DNA of 64,000 nucleotides from Acutalibacteraceae bacterium (GTDB lineage: Bacteria; Bacillota; Clostridia; Oscillospirales; Acutalibacteraceae): NCBI GenBank assembly GCA_045634985.1, contig JAZRBF010000013.1, positions 23,450 through 87,449 of the forward strand, read 5' to 3'. Below the pieces are notes generated by a model. That model did not search any database. It was not told the origin of the DNA and was given only the letters and a program-made list of their open reading frames with translations. Position numbers and translations under genes: made by a program. Within the stretch, counting starts at the first letter, position 1, and each line of letters starts with the position of its first letter. This document shows positions 18,267 through 28,321 of the stretch, piece after piece.

Positions 18267-19295
18267 TTATTCGCATATTAAACAAGCGTCTCCGAAGCTG
18301 AAAAATCTGTATTTTTCTTCAACAGCAAGTTTATATGCATTCATCGTGTTTTCATAACCGCAGAAAGCACTTACAAGCATAATCAATGTGCTTTCGGGTA
18401 GATGGAAATTAGTGATGAGGCAATCAATGCACTTGAATTCATAACCGGGATAAATGAAAATATCGGTATCGCCTTCTGCTTCCTTGATTTCGCCCGTAAA
18501 AGTTGCAACCGATTCAAGAGTCCTGCAGCAGGTTGTACCAACGGCAAAAACCCTGCCTCCGTTTGCTTTTGTACGGTTGATAATATCTGCAGTTTCTGCA
18601 GGCAGATAATAATGCTCCGAGTGCATATGATGGTCTTTGATATCATCCGCCTTGACAGGACGGAATGTACCGAGACCGACATGGAGTGTTACAAAACCGA
18701 TTTCAACACCCTTTGCTCTGACTTTTTCCATTAATTCGGGCGTGAAATGCAAACCTGCAGTCGGTGCGGCGGCACTGCCTTCCTTTTCGGCAAAAACCGT
18801 CTGATAACGCTCTTTGTTTTCGAGCTTTTCGGTAATGTAATGTGGCAGAGGCATCTCACCGATTTTATCGATAACCTCATAGAAATTGCCTTCAAAACCA
18901 AACTTTGCAATTCGGTTTCCGTCAGGCAAAACCTCAATGATTTCAGCCGTCAGCGAGCCATCACCAAAGGTGAATGAATGACCGACTCTCGCCTTCTTGC
19001 CGGGACCTGTGATTACCTCCCAGGTATCCTCCGCTTTACGGCTGAGGAGAAGGAATTCGACAACCGCGCCGGTATCAACTCTTGTGCCGTACATTCTGGC
19101 AGGAAGCACCTTTGTGTTGTTAAGAATCAGGCAATCGCCCTCTCTGAAATATTCGGTTATATCACTGAAGATTCTGTGTGAACAATCGCCCGTTTTCTTG
19201 TCGATAACAAGCATTCTTGAGCTGTCTCTCGGCTCAACAGGAGTCTGCGCAATCAGCTCCTTGGGCAAATCATAAAAAAATTCGCTACGTTTCAT
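18267..19295 (-). CDS. queA: SAM:tRNA ribosyltransferase-isomerase
   Basis: '[10 protein letters not shown]', 'TLHVGLGTF', '[10 protein letters not shown]', 'YRFFSFGDA'. Confidence 0.97.
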   Translation of the reverse strand: MKRSEFFYDLPKELIAQTPVEPRDSSRMLVIDKKTGDCSHRIFSDITEYFREGDCLILNNTKVLPARMYGTRVDTGAVVEFLLLSRKAEDTWEVITGPGKKARVGHSFTFGDGSLTAEIIEVLPDGNRIAKFGFEGNFYEVIDKIGEMPLPHYITEKLENKERYQTVFAEKEGSAAAPTAGLHFTPELMEKVRAKGVEIGFVTLHVGLGTFRPVKADDIKDHHMHSEHYYLPAETADIINRTKANGGRVFAVGTTCCRTLESVATFTGEIKEAEGDTDIFIYPGYEFKCIDCLITNFHLPESTLIMLVSAFCGYENTMNAYKLAVEEKYRFFSFGDACLICE

Positions 19296-19349
19296 ATAAA
19301 GTCCTTAAAATATTAATAAATTTATATAATATATTGTTATAAATGACAT

Positions 19350-19405
19350 TTGATTTTTCGAGGCATTTGTGATATCATCATAATATTATCGGAGATTTTT
19401 GTCAA
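19350..19405. promoter_or_regulatory. Overlapping divergent sigmaA promoters for asd (+) and queA (-)
   Basis: Plus strand: TTGATT (19350), 17 nt, TGaTATCAT (19373-19378). Minus strand: TTGACA (19400-19405), 17 nt, TATGAT (19377-19382). Confidence 0.55.
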
Positions 19406-19463
19406 GCTTTAAATTTAAGCTTGAATCTGCCGAAGAAACATTACCGAAATGAGGTATAATGAA

Positions 19464-20558
19464 ATGAAGAATTACAAAGTTGGTATCGTTGGCGCAACAG
19501 GTATGGTTGGTCAGCGTTTCATCACACTGCTCGCAAATCACCCCTGGTTCAATGTTACAGTTCTTGCGGCAAGCCCCCGTTCCGCAGGCAAGAAATATAA
19601 AGATGCTGTCGGCGCAAAATGGTGCATGGCTACCGAAATCCCCGAAAACATCGCTGACATCGTTGTTATGGACGCAACAGCAGATATCGAAAAGATTGCA
19701 GCAGCAGTTGACTTCGTTTTCTGCGCAGTTGATATGAAGAAGGATGAAATCAAAGCTCTTGAGGAAGCATACGCAAAGGCAGAATGCCCCGTTGTTTCCA
19801 ACAACAGCGCACACAGACACACTCCCGATGTTCCGATGATCGTTCCCGAGCTTAACCCCGATCACGCAGAAATCATCGCAGCTCAGAGAAAGCGCCTCGG
19901 CACAGAAAGAGGCTTCATCTCTGTTAAATCAAACTGCTCACTTCAGAGTTATGTTCCCGCTCTCTTCCCCCTTGATAAGGCTGGTTACAAAGTAAAGGAT
20001 GTTCTCGTTTGCACATATCAGGCAATTTCAGGTGCAGGTAAGACATTTGAAACATGGCCCGAAATGGTTGACAATGTTATCCCCTACATCGGCGGCGAAG
20101 AAGAGAAGTCCGAAGTTGAGCCCCTCAAAATCTGGGGTAAGATTGACGGCGATAAAATCGTTAACGCAACTGCTCCCAACTTCACAGCACAGTGCCTTCG
20201 CGTTCCTGCATCAGACGGTCATATGGCCGCAGTTTTCGTAAGATTCGAAAACAAACCTTCAATCGAAGAAATGAAGAAGGTTTGGGCGGAATTCAAGGGC
20301 TACCCCCAGGAAGCAGAGCTTCCCAGCGCACCCAAGCAGTTCCTCAACTACTTTGAAGAGGATAATCTCCCCCAGACAAAGCTCCAGAGAAATCTTGAAA
20401 ACGGTATGGCAGTTTCAATCGGTCGTCTCAGAGAAGACAGCCAGTTTGATTACAAATTCGTTTGCCTTTCACACAACACCCTCAGAGGCGCAGCAGGCGG
20501 CGCTGTTCTTATGGCTGAACAGCTTTGCGCTCAGGGATACATCACTCCCAAGAACTAA
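19464..20558 (+). CDS. asd: Aspartate-semialdehyde dehydrogenase
   Basis: 'GATGMVGQ', catalytic 'SNCS', 'QAISGAG', 'HNTLRGAAGG'. Confidence 0.96.
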   Translation: MKNYKVGIVGATGMVGQRFITLLANHPWFNVTVLAASPRSAGKKYKDAVGAKWCMATEIPENIADIVVMDATADIEKIAAAVDFVFCAVDMKKDEIKALEEAYAKAECPVVSNNSAHRHTPDVPMIVPELNPDHAEIIAAQRKRLGTERGFISVKSNCSLQSYVPALFPLDKAGYKVKDVLVCTYQAISGAGKTFETWPEMVDNVIPYIGGEEEKSEVEPLKIWGKIDGDKIVNATAPNFTAQCLRVPASDGHMAAVFVRFENKPSIEEMKKVWAEFKGYPQEAELPSAPKQFLNYFEEDNLPQTKLQRNLENGMAVSIGRLREDSQFDYKFVCLSHNTLRGAAGGAVLMAEQLCAQGYITPKN

Positions 20559-20602
20559 TTATTGAGAACAGATTTTTGTTCATATAACGAAAGGAGTCAG
20601 CT

Positions 20603-21490
20603 ATGAAGCAGACTGTTTTTACCGGTGCAGGCGTTGCAATTGTAACTCCTTTTACCGCTGATAATAAGATTAATTTTGACAAACTCGCAGAGCTTCTTGA
20701 ATTCCAGATTGCCAACCATACAGATGCTATCATCATCTGCGGCACAACAGGCGAAGGCTCAACCCTCGACCACGACGAACATTCCGAAGCTATCCGCTTC
20801 ACCGTTGAGGTAGTTAACAAGAGAATCCCTGTTATTGCAGGTACAGGCAGTAACGATTCCGCTTATGCAGTAAAGCTCTCAAACGAAGCTGAAAAAGCAG
20901 GTGTAGATGCTCTTCTCTCTGTTACCCCTTACTATAACAAGACTTCACAGAGAGGTCTTATTGCTCACTACAATTTCATCGCTGACAGAGTAAGCGTTCC
21001 GATTATCACATACAATGTTCCTTCAAGAACAGGTGTAAATATCCTTCCCGAAACCTATGTTGAACTCGCAAAGCACCCCAGAATCGTAGGTACAAAGGAA
21101 GCAAGCGGTGACATTTCCGCAGTTGCAAAGACAATTTCTCTTTGCGGTGCAGATTTCTCCGTTTACTCAGGTAACGATGACCAGGTAACCGCTCTTATGT
21201 CACTCGGCGGTAAGGGAAGCATCTCTGTTCTTTCGAACATCCTTCCCCAGGTTGCTCACGATATTCCTGCAAAGTTCCTTGCAGGCGATTACGAAGGCAG
21301 CCGTAAGCTTCAGCTTGAATATCTTGACCTTTGCAATAATCTCTTCCTCGATGTTAACCCAATCCCCGTTAAGGAAGCAATGAATATGATGGGTCTTGAT
21401 GTCGGCGCTTGCAGACTCCCCCTCTACGAAATGACAGACGCTGCAAAAGAAAAGCTCAGAGCAAGTCTTGCAAAGCATGGTCTTGTATAA
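20603..21490 (+). CDS. dapA: 4-hydroxy-tetrahydrodipicolinate synthase
   Basis: 'GTTGEG', 'YNVPSRTG', 'KEASG', 'NPIPVK'. Confidence 0.96.
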   Translation: MKQTVFTGAGVAIVTPFTADNKINFDKLAELLEFQIANHTDAIIICGTTGEGSTLDHDEHSEAIRFTVEVVNKRIPVIAGTGSNDSAYAVKLSNEAEKAGVDALLSVTPYYNKTSQRGLIAHYNFIADRVSVPIITYNVPSRTGVNILPETYVELAKHPRIVGTKEASGDISAVAKTISLCGADFSVYSGNDDQVTALMSLGGKGSISVLSNILPQVAHDIPAKFLAGDYEGSRKLQLEYLDLCNNLFLDVNPIPVKEAMNMMGLDVGACRLPLYEMTDAAKEKLRASLAKHGLV

Positions 21491-21514
21491 TTAATTAATT
21501 TGAGGTAATTCAAA

Positions 21515-22279
21515 ATGGCAGGAATTTTATTAAGCGGATGCAACGGAAAAATGGGTAAGGCTGTAACTGCAAATGTTGCCGTTACAAAGGATGCCGAAAT
21601 AATCGGCGGCATTGACATCTTTGCCGAGAATCTCTACGGCTATCCCGTATACTCCTCCCCTGCACTCATCCCCGATGAAATAACAAAAAAAGCCGATGTT
21701 ATCATCGACTTTTCAAACCCGTCTGCGCTCGGCGGTTTGCTTGAATATGCAGTAACAAACGGTATCCCTGCAGTTATCTGCACAACAGGTCTTAACGAAT
21801 CGCAGAAATCGCTTTTAAAATCAGCTGCCGAAAAGATTCCCGTTTTCTTCAGCGCAAATATGTCGCTCGGTGTTAACCTTGTTGTTGAACTTGCAAAGAA
21901 AGCAACTGCAGTTCTCGGCAACGATTTTGATATCGAAATCGTTGAAATGCATCACAATCAGAAAATTGACGCTCCCAGCGGTACTGCTCTTATGATTGCA
22001 GACGCAATCAAAGATGAGCTTGACGGCGAAACAACCTACGAATATGACCGCCATTCCAAGCGTGAAAAAAGAACAAAGAACGAAATCGGTATTCACGCAG
22101 TCAGAGGCGGCACAATCACAGGTGAGCACGAAATCATTTTTGCAGGCCACGATGAGATTATCAAAATCTCCCACTCCGCAAGAAGCAAAGAGCTTTTTGC
22201 AACAGGTGCGGTCAACGCGGCGAAATTTATCTGCGGTAAACCTGCAGGTATGTACGATATGAGCGCAATGCTGAAATAA
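21515..22279 (+). CDS. dapB: 4-hydroxy-tetrahydrodipicolinate reductase
   Basis: 'GCNGKMG', 'IDFS', 'EMHHNQKIDAPSGTA'. Confidence 0.96.
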   Translation: MAGILLSGCNGKMGKAVTANVAVTKDAEIIGGIDIFAENLYGYPVYSSPALIPDEITKKADVIIDFSNPSALGGLLEYAVTNGIPAVICTTGLNESQKSLLKSAAEKIPVFFSANMSLGVNLVVELAKKATAVLGNDFDIEIVEMHHNQKIDAPSGTALMIADAIKDELDGETTYEYDRHSKREKRTKNEIGIHAVRGGTITGEHEIIFAGHDEIIKISHSARSKELFATGAVNAAKFICGKPAGMYDMSAMLK

Positions 22280-22294
22280 ACGGAGGATAACAAA

Positions 22295-22759
22295 ATGAAA
22301 CTCGTTGAAAATATTTTCATCACAGAAGATGTTACTCTTTTCTCGCTTTGCGATGCGCCTGCAGATATCGAGCATATCGCAGAGGTTTTCAAGCTCATCG
22401 CAGATGCAGGTATTGATGTTGATATGATTTCACAGTTCCCTGCAAGCGGCTCAAGCTCAGGATTTTCGTTTACAGTAAGCGATAATGATTTCATCCCCGT
22501 TCTTGCAATCGCATCAAAGCTTCGTGAAATCAATCCCAAAACAAAAATCAGCGTCAGCAGCGGTAACTGCAAGCTGACTGTCAGCGGCGAGGCAATGAGA
22601 GGCACTCCCGGTGTTTCCGCAAAAGTTTTCAAGGCTGCAGCAAGTGCAGATGCAGATGTCAGAATGATTACAACATCTGAAATCGAGATTGCAATGCTCG
22701 TTGTTAAATCCGACGTTGATAATGTTATTGCAGCTATTGAAAAAGAGTTTGCTGAATAA
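22295..22759 (+). CDS. Stand-alone double-ACT protein resembling the aspartokinase beta (regulatory) subunit
   Basis: 'VFKLIADAGIDVDMISQ' and 'KLTVSGEAMRGTPGVSAKVF...MITTSEIEI' match the aspartokinase C-terminal ACT pair; no kinase domain. Confidence 0.85.
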   Translation: MKLVENIFITEDVTLFSLCDAPADIEHIAEVFKLIADAGIDVDMISQFPASGSSSGFSFTVSDNDFIPVLAIASKLREINPKTKISVSSGNCKLTVSGEAMRGTPGVSAKVFKAAASADADVRMITTSEIEIAMLVVKSDVDNVIAAIEKEFAE

Positions 22760-22774
22760 TATATACATTATATA

Positions 22775-22815
22775 AAAATAAAAGCAGGAAGCGAAAGCCT
22801 CCTGCTTTATTTTTT
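22775..22815. terminator. Bidirectional terminator between the dap operon and the cyclophilin gene
   Basis: TAAAAGCAGGA...TCCTGCTTTATTTTTT. Confidence 0.75.
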
Positions 22816-23413
22816 ATGCAATTTCTTCAACATCAATGCCGAGAATAACAACCTCGTTGAGGGGCTTATCCATAGCGTTTCTTTTAACTGCGGCGATTGC
22901 ATCAACATTATCCATACCTTCGATTACCTGACCGAAAACAGTATGCTTAAAATCGAGCCAGGGTGTGCCGCCGAGAGCCTTGTAATCCTCAACACAAGCA
23001 GTGGGGAAGCCTCTGTCAGCAAGCTGTTCCATCTGCGAAATAAAACCGGGGTCAACCTCTTTCGCCTGAACAATGAAGAACTGGCTGCCATTTGTACCGG
23101 GGCCTCTGTTCGCCATTGAAAGAGCACCTCTGATATTATGATAGTCAACGCTGAATTCATCCTTGAAGTCACTGCCCCAGATGCTTTCTCCGCCTGCACC
23201 TGTGCCTGTGGGGTCACCACCCTGAATCATAAAATCAGGAATTACTCTGTGGAAAATGATGCCGTTATAATAACCGTTTTTTGCATGGGTTGTGAAATTC
23301 TCAACCGTCTTGGGTGCAGCATCGGGGAAAAGAAGAATTTTTATATCACCCATTGTTGTTTTCATTGTTGCAACAATATCGCCTTTTTCGGGAGTTCTTA
23401 CCTGTTTACTCAT
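22814..23413 (-). CDS. Cyclophilin-type peptidyl-prolyl cis-trans isomerase
   Basis: '[19 protein letters not shown]', 'LSMAN', 'NGSQFFI', '[12 protein letters not shown]'. Confidence 0.95.
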   Translation of the reverse strand: MSKQVRTPEKGDIVATMKTTMGDIKILLFPDAAPKTVENFTTHAKNGYYNGIIFHRVIPDFMIQGGDPTGTGAGGESIWGSDFKDEFSVDYHNIRGALSMANRGPGTNGSQFFIVQAKEVDPGFISQMEQLADRGFPTACVEDYKALGGTPWLDFKHTVFGQVIEGMDNVDAIAAVKRNAMDKPLNEVVILGIDVEEIA

Positions 23414-23430
23414 TTTAAATGCCTCTTTCT

Positions 23431-25059
23431 TTATTTATTGGGATCATATACATCAGAAAGCTTCATAAAGTCAACCTTTGCCATTTTTGTTCTGGGGAAG
23501 CTTTCCATAATTTCTATCTTTCTCGGACAAGAGAATCTCGCAAGATTCTTCTTACAATATGTCTGAATCTGATTGATTGCTTCTTCATTATCCATCTTTT
23601 CTTTGAGAGTTACGCAGAGCTTTACACAAGGCTTATTCTTGATATAACCCTGAACCGCACAAGCTTCGCTGACAAAAGGAAGCTGAAGAACTGCATTTTC
23701 AATATCAGCAGGATAAACATTGTATCCCGAGATGATAATCATTCTCTTCTTTCTGCCTGTAAAATAAACGAAACCGTCAGCGTCCATATATCCGAGGTCA
23801 CCTGAAAGCACCCATCTTGTGCCATCTTTATCAACATAAACACCATCGTTTTCAACTGTGTCTTCACCGTTGAAGTAACCCTGCATAACTGTTGAACCTG
23901 TAATAACGATTTCGCCCGTCTGACCTGCAGGAAGCTTATTTTTCATTTCGTCCCAGATTTCAACGGTCATACCTGTAAGAGGTTTGCCGATTGAATCCTC
24001 GCGAACATCCTTATAATTATTAACAGTACAAACTGACGCAACCTCTGTAAGACCGTATCCTCTGAAAAGTCTGCCCTTGCCGCCGTGCTTTGCAACTGTA
24101 TGGTTAAACTCCTTAACAAGTCTTTCCGAGAGGAAGTCACCGCCGCAGAAAACAAGGCGAAGATTCTTAAGATGAGCGCCCTCGAAGTTTTCATCCTCCA
24201 TCATCTTTTTATACATATTCGGAACGCCGAGGAGGAATGAAACGGGATATTTCTTAAGCTGCTTATTTGCTGCCGAAGCAGTAAACTGAGGCATCGGAAG
24301 CAAGGTGTATCCGTGAGTTATGGGGTAATGCATCGCAACTGCAAGACCGAATGCGTGGAACATCGGAAGAACAACAAGCGAGCATTCTGCACCGGGTACG
24401 TGAGGACTGTCAAGCGGTTCAAGCTTTTCAGCAAGGCAATTGATATTGTTGCTCGAAAGCATAATTGTTTTGCTCTTGCCCGTTGTACCGCCACCATGAA
24501 GATAAACTGCAGTAAGATCACCGTCGTGAATTTCGGTGCACTCTTTTCCTGCTCCTGCCGCAATAACCTTAGTATACTTGACGCTGTTTTTGAAGCGGTC
24601 AAGACCCTTACCCTTCACCATCTCAAACACCTTGATTGCAGGTGTCAGAGGGAAAGAAACATAATCAGAGTTCGAGCAGATTATGCAGGGAATATCAAGT
24701 TCATTTATAGCATCCGCATAAGGTGCAGCAAGAATATCAAGAATGAATACTGCCTTTGCATTTGTGATTTTAACACTCTCCGCAAGTCCTTCGGGAGAAG
24801 TCAGCGGATGAACGATGTTTGCGATAACACCGATTTTGTTGAGTGCATAAAAGGAAACAAAAGCGTGAATTGTTGTGGGCAAAAACACAGTTACAACATC
24901 GCCTTTACCTACACCCTTAGAGGTAAAGTAAGCCGCTAAAGCATCAACATCTGCCATAAAACGCGACATCTTGATTTTGTTTCCGAATGAAATTGCCCCG
25001 ACAAAATCGCCATTGATTTTAACACTCTCTTTGAGATAGTCGTAACAAGTAAAGCTCAT
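23431..25059 (-). CDS. AMP-forming acyl-CoA synthetase / long-chain fatty acid-CoA ligase
   Basis: P-loop variant '[10 protein letters not shown]', 'LPMFHAFG', 'GYGLTE', 'SGDLG', '[16 protein letters not shown]'. Confidence 0.88.
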   Translation of the reverse strand: MSFTCYDYLKESVKINGDFVGAISFGNKIKMSRFMADVDALAAYFTSKGVGKGDVVTVFLPTTIHAFVSFYALNKIGVIANIVHPLTSPEGLAESVKITNAKAVFILDILAAPYADAINELDIPCIICSNSDYVSFPLTPAIKVFEMVKGKGLDRFKNSVKYTKVIAAGAGKECTEIHDGDLTAVYLHGGGTTGKSKTIMLSSNNINCLAEKLEPLDSPHVPGAECSLVVLPMFHAFGLAVAMHYPITHGYTLLPMPQFTASAANKQLKKYPVSFLLGVPNMYKKMMEDENFEGAHLKNLRLVFCGGDFLSERLVKEFNHTVAKHGGKGRLFRGYGLTEVASVCTVNNYKDVREDSIGKPLTGMTVEIWDEMKNKLPAGQTGEIVITGSTVMQGYFNGEDTVENDGVYVDKDGTRWVLSGDLGYMDADGFVYFTGRKKRMIIISGYNVYPADIENAVLQLPFVSEACAVQGYIKNKPCVKLCVTLKEKMDNEEAINQIQTYCKKNLARFSCPRKIEIMESFPRTKMAKVDFMKLSDVYDPNK

Positions 25060-25098
25060 AAATAATTCCTACCTAATATATATTTGACAGCCGATTTA

Positions 25099-26112
25099 TC
25101 AACTGTGAATATTGCTTGTTAAAATAATTTCATCTGAATCTGTGAAGGTTGCGATGATTCCGTTTCGGTCATATGTTGAATAAAACGGCGCTTTTGCAAC
25201 CATTGTGAAATTCCATTTGACATTGGGATAAACCTTACCGAGCTGATTTGTAACAATAACCAGTTCGGGGGTCAATTTTTTGAGGAATAATGCAGATGAT
25301 GAGCCGTAATAACCGTGATGACCTGCTTTGAGAAGGTCAATATCTCCGACTACATCACCGTAAATCTGCTCAAGTCCGCAAGATTTGGTCATATCCGCCG
25401 CAAGAAATGCAGTCTTTGTGCCTTTGGTAACCTTGATTCCGATGCTTGAAGCATTTTCACCTTTACCTGCAAGTTCTTTCGGAGTTACCGTATTGTATAA
25501 ATCCAGCTTGAAATCGCCGAGATACATAATTTCGGGAATTTCCTTAAAAATATCGATGTTGCGCACAGTCAATGCATTGATAATCTGGTTATATGTTTCG
25601 TTGATAAGCCAGCTCTTGATTTCGTAATCTTTGGCAATTTCCTTATCGAATTCTTTGAAATATGCCTTACCGATAACAATATCAGGATCAACTATAATTG
25701 CTTCAAACGCGCCTACATGGTCATAATGGCAATGCGTACCGAGAATAAATTCAAGATATACTTTTCCGCTCGAATCCTTGGCAACCTTTTTGAGATAAGA
25801 AATAATCTCCTCTTCGTAGCCTTCATATGCAGTTTCTCTTCTCGGATTGCTGTCACCTTCGCCTGAATCGATGAGAGCAAATTTGCCGTTACTTTCAAGC
25901 AGAATAGCATCAGAATTCTTGGTGTTGATAAAATGGATGCGGTCATCACCTGCTGAGAGAGTGAATGTTTCTTGCTCGATTTCATATCGTCTTGCGTAAC
26001 GGTTGCAAAGAGCAACTGTTATTATATCAAGAACAAATATCGCAATCATCAACGGAACAATTATCCATGTGATAATCTTTTTGACATTTCTTTTTTTCAT
26101 ACAAAACCCCAT
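25099..26112 (-). CDS. Membrane-anchored metallo-beta-lactamase-fold hydrolase, Pce/CbpE (phosphorylcholine esterase)-like catalytic domain
   Basis: N-terminal TM; 'SDAILLESNGKFALIDSGE', 'THCHYDH', 'LLKAGHHG'. The true start may be ATG 26100. Confidence 0.75.
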   Translation of the reverse strand: MGFCMKKRNVKKIITWIIVPLMIAIFVLDIITVALCNRYARRYEIEQETFTLSAGDDRIHFINTKNSDAILLESNGKFALIDSGEGDSNPRRETAYEGYEEEIISYLKKVAKDSSGKVYLEFILGTHCHYDHVGAFEAIIVDPDIVIGKAYFKEFDKEIAKDYEIKSWLINETYNQIINALTVRNIDIFKEIPEIMYLGDFKLDLYNTVTPKELAGKGENASSIGIKVTKGTKTAFLAADMTKSCGLEQIYGDVVGDIDLLKAGHHGYYGSSSALFLKKLTPELVIVTNQLGKVYPNVKWNFTMVAKAPFYSTYDRNGIIATFTDSDEIILTSNIHS

Positions 26113-26260
26113 GATAATTTATAATTACATTATTTTATCATATAAAAATATTTTTTACCATAGTTAAATTGAAATTTTATAAAATATTTTATAAAATACT
26201 TGTATCCTTTTTCCTTTTATTGTAAAATATCTTTTATCAGAAACGATTGGAGAGATTTCA

Positions 26261-27424
26261 TTGAGCTCTGAAAAGATTTCCGCTAAATTCAGCATTGCGG
26301 AAGCATCATATATTTTTTCATTCATATTCCCTCTCGCATTAAGTATGGCTGTATGCTCGGGAATAGGCATTGCAGGCGGAATGGTTGCCTGCGCTACGGC
26401 GTATCTTCTTGTTTCAGCAAAAAAGACAAAGCTTATAATGCCCGTATTCACTTCATATCTTATTGTTACACAAACTTTCAAGGAATTTGGCGCGTCAACA
26501 ACTGCGGCAGCAATCGGATTCGGAGGCTTGCTGATGCTCCTTGTTGCTGTTACAGGTTTTGACTACAAAAGAGTAGTTTTCAAGCCTGTTGCAGTTGCAA
26601 TAATGCTTGCAAGCGCAATCTCCCTTACTGTGCTTGACACAACCCTTTATTTCGGAATCGGAGCAAGCGGAAACATCGTAGGAGAAATGATAGATTCCTA
26701 TCGCTCTCTCGGTTTCCATCCGAATTGGCGTGATATTCTTTACGGCACAATTATGATGGTAATTATGATTACCTATCCTAAGAAATTCAAAAAAGCTGAC
26801 AATGTTGTAAGAGCACCATTTATCGGTCTTGTTTTTGCTCTTGTGCTTAATTACTTCCTCAATCCTTCAGATATGATAACCGCAATCAACGAAGTCGGCA
26901 CATATTCGCTCTCTCCCTCGTCAATCCTCTTCCCTGCATTCAAAAACGATTTCAGCTTTGCAGGTCTGATTTCATCAGGTATAGCTTTATTTATTATCAA
27001 CGCTTACTCTGTTTCGCTTGAAAAAGGAAACAGCCTTGAATATGCCGTTGCAGGCGGCGCAAACATCCTCGGCTCATTTGTCACAGGTGTGTTTATCCCC
27101 TTCTGCCCGAGAAACCATAAAAACATCAGTTTTTCCGGCATTCCTGCCGCAATACTTACTGTTGTTTTACTTGTGCTTTGCAGAGATTATATCGCCAGAA
27201 TCCCTGTTGCCGCATGCGCAGTTATACTCATTGTCGGAGCGTGGCAAAGCGTAAAATGGGGTGAAATCAAGAAGACATTTATTGATGTGCCTTCTCTCGC
27301 CTGTCTTATTGCGGTTACCGCATTTATGCTTATTTTCGGCACAGTCAAGGGCGTACTTTTCGGAGCACTTTGCTCATTCATCTGCTCTTTCCTGCCCAGT
27401 GCACAGCATTTTGCCGAAGAATAA
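26261..27424 (+). CDS. Divergent SulP/SLC26-like anion permease without a STAS domain
   Basis: About 12 hydrophobic helices; 'PLALSMAVCSG' and 'YIARIPVAACAVILIVGAW' resemble SulP segments. Confidence 0.6.
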   Translation: MSSEKISAKFSIAEASYIFSFIFPLALSMAVCSGIGIAGGMVACATAYLLVSAKKTKLIMPVFTSYLIVTQTFKEFGASTTAAAIGFGGLLMLLVAVTGFDYKRVVFKPVAVAIMLASAISLTVLDTTLYFGIGASGNIVGEMIDSYRSLGFHPNWRDILYGTIMMVIMITYPKKFKKADNVVRAPFIGLVFALVLNYFLNPSDMITAINEVGTYSLSPSSILFPAFKNDFSFAGLISSGIALFIINAYSVSLEKGNSLEYAVAGGANILGSFVTGVFIPFCPRNHKNISFSGIPAAILTVVLLVLCRDYIARIPVAACAVILIVGAWQSVKWGEIKKTFIDVPSLACLIAVTAFMLIFGTVKGVLFGALCSFICSFLPSAQHFAEE

Positions 27425-27443
27425 CTTACAATAAAAAACAATA

Positions 27444-27489
27444 AAAAACGGATTGCAATGGATAAAATCCAGGCAATCCGTTTTATTTT
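27444..27489. terminator. Bidirectional terminator
   Basis: AAAACGGATTGC...GCAATCCGTTTT between convergent genes. Confidence 0.75.
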
Positions 27490-27510
27490 ATGTTAATGAT
27501 AATTCAGAGG

Positions 27511-28317
27511 TTATTCCTTGCCATCTGCAAGTGATTCAAGCACACCCATCAGATTTTCAACGCTTGCTTTAAGCATAACTGATGATGACTCATAATTAAT
27601 GCAAGCGGTTTTAATTCTTTCATTCGCCTGAGCAACCGATGCAATGGCATCACCAACGGCGGCACCTCTCTGCAAATCCGCCTCATCAGCCTTTACCTTT
27701 GCATCAGCAAGAATTCTGTTCGCCTCTTCGATGATTTCATCTGCTTTGCTACGCGCCTGAGCAAGAACAGCTTCCGCTTGCGCTATAATTTCATCTGCCT
27801 TGACCTGAGCGGCGGCAACTGCTTTTTCAGATTCTTCAACTTTGCCGTATGATTCTTCAAGCTTTGCTATCATCGCCTCTATTGAAGCAAGTTTCTCGCG
27901 ATAAAGAGCGAGCTTTGAGTCATATTCGCTCCTCATTGCTTCGATTTCATCAGCGTGCGCCTTATCGGAAGCGACTTTATCAGCAAGAGTTTTTTCAAGT
28001 TGAGCCGAAATAGCAATTCTTTCATCCTCGACGGTCTGCCAGTCAGCAAGAATACCTGTTCTTTCTATTTCGGCTGCCTTAAGCTCAGTCTTGAGTTTCT
28101 CAACTTCTGCCGAAAGCGATTCAATTTCTGCTGCCGTTGTTTCTGACTCGGATAACTTGCGCTCGAGAGTTTCAATTTCACCGTTTTTCTCTGCTATCTC
28201 ATCTTTAAGACGGCTGATTTCAAGCTGAAGCTGCTCGATATAATTGAGTACGCCCTCTTTCTGGAAACCGCCGACAAAGGATTTCTTTAAAATCTGTTTT
28301 GAAGCCATAACTGCCAC
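27511..28317 (-). CDS. Coiled-coil protein with a DivIVA-like N-terminal motif
   Basis: 'LKKSFVGGFQKEGVLNYIEQL' followed by a long heptad-rich helix with 'KADEII..A' repeats. Confidence 0.7.
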   Translation of the reverse strand: MAVMASKQILKKSFVGGFQKEGVLNYIEQLQLEISRLKDEIAEKNGEIETLERKLSESETTAAEIESLSAEVEKLKTELKAAEIERTGILADWQTVEDERIAISAQLEKTLADKVASDKAHADEIEAMRSEYDSKLALYREKLASIEAMIAKLEESYGKVEESEKAVAAAQVKADEIIAQAEAVLAQARSKADEIIEEANRILADAKVKADEADLQRGAAVGDAIASVAQANERIKTACINYESSSVMLKASVENLMGVLESLADGKE

Positions 28318-28321
28318 CCTT

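Noticed and set aside
19296-19463. Lysine riboswitch before asd or preQ1 riboswitch before queA
   Set aside because: The leader is too short for a lysine riboswitch, and I see neither consensus.
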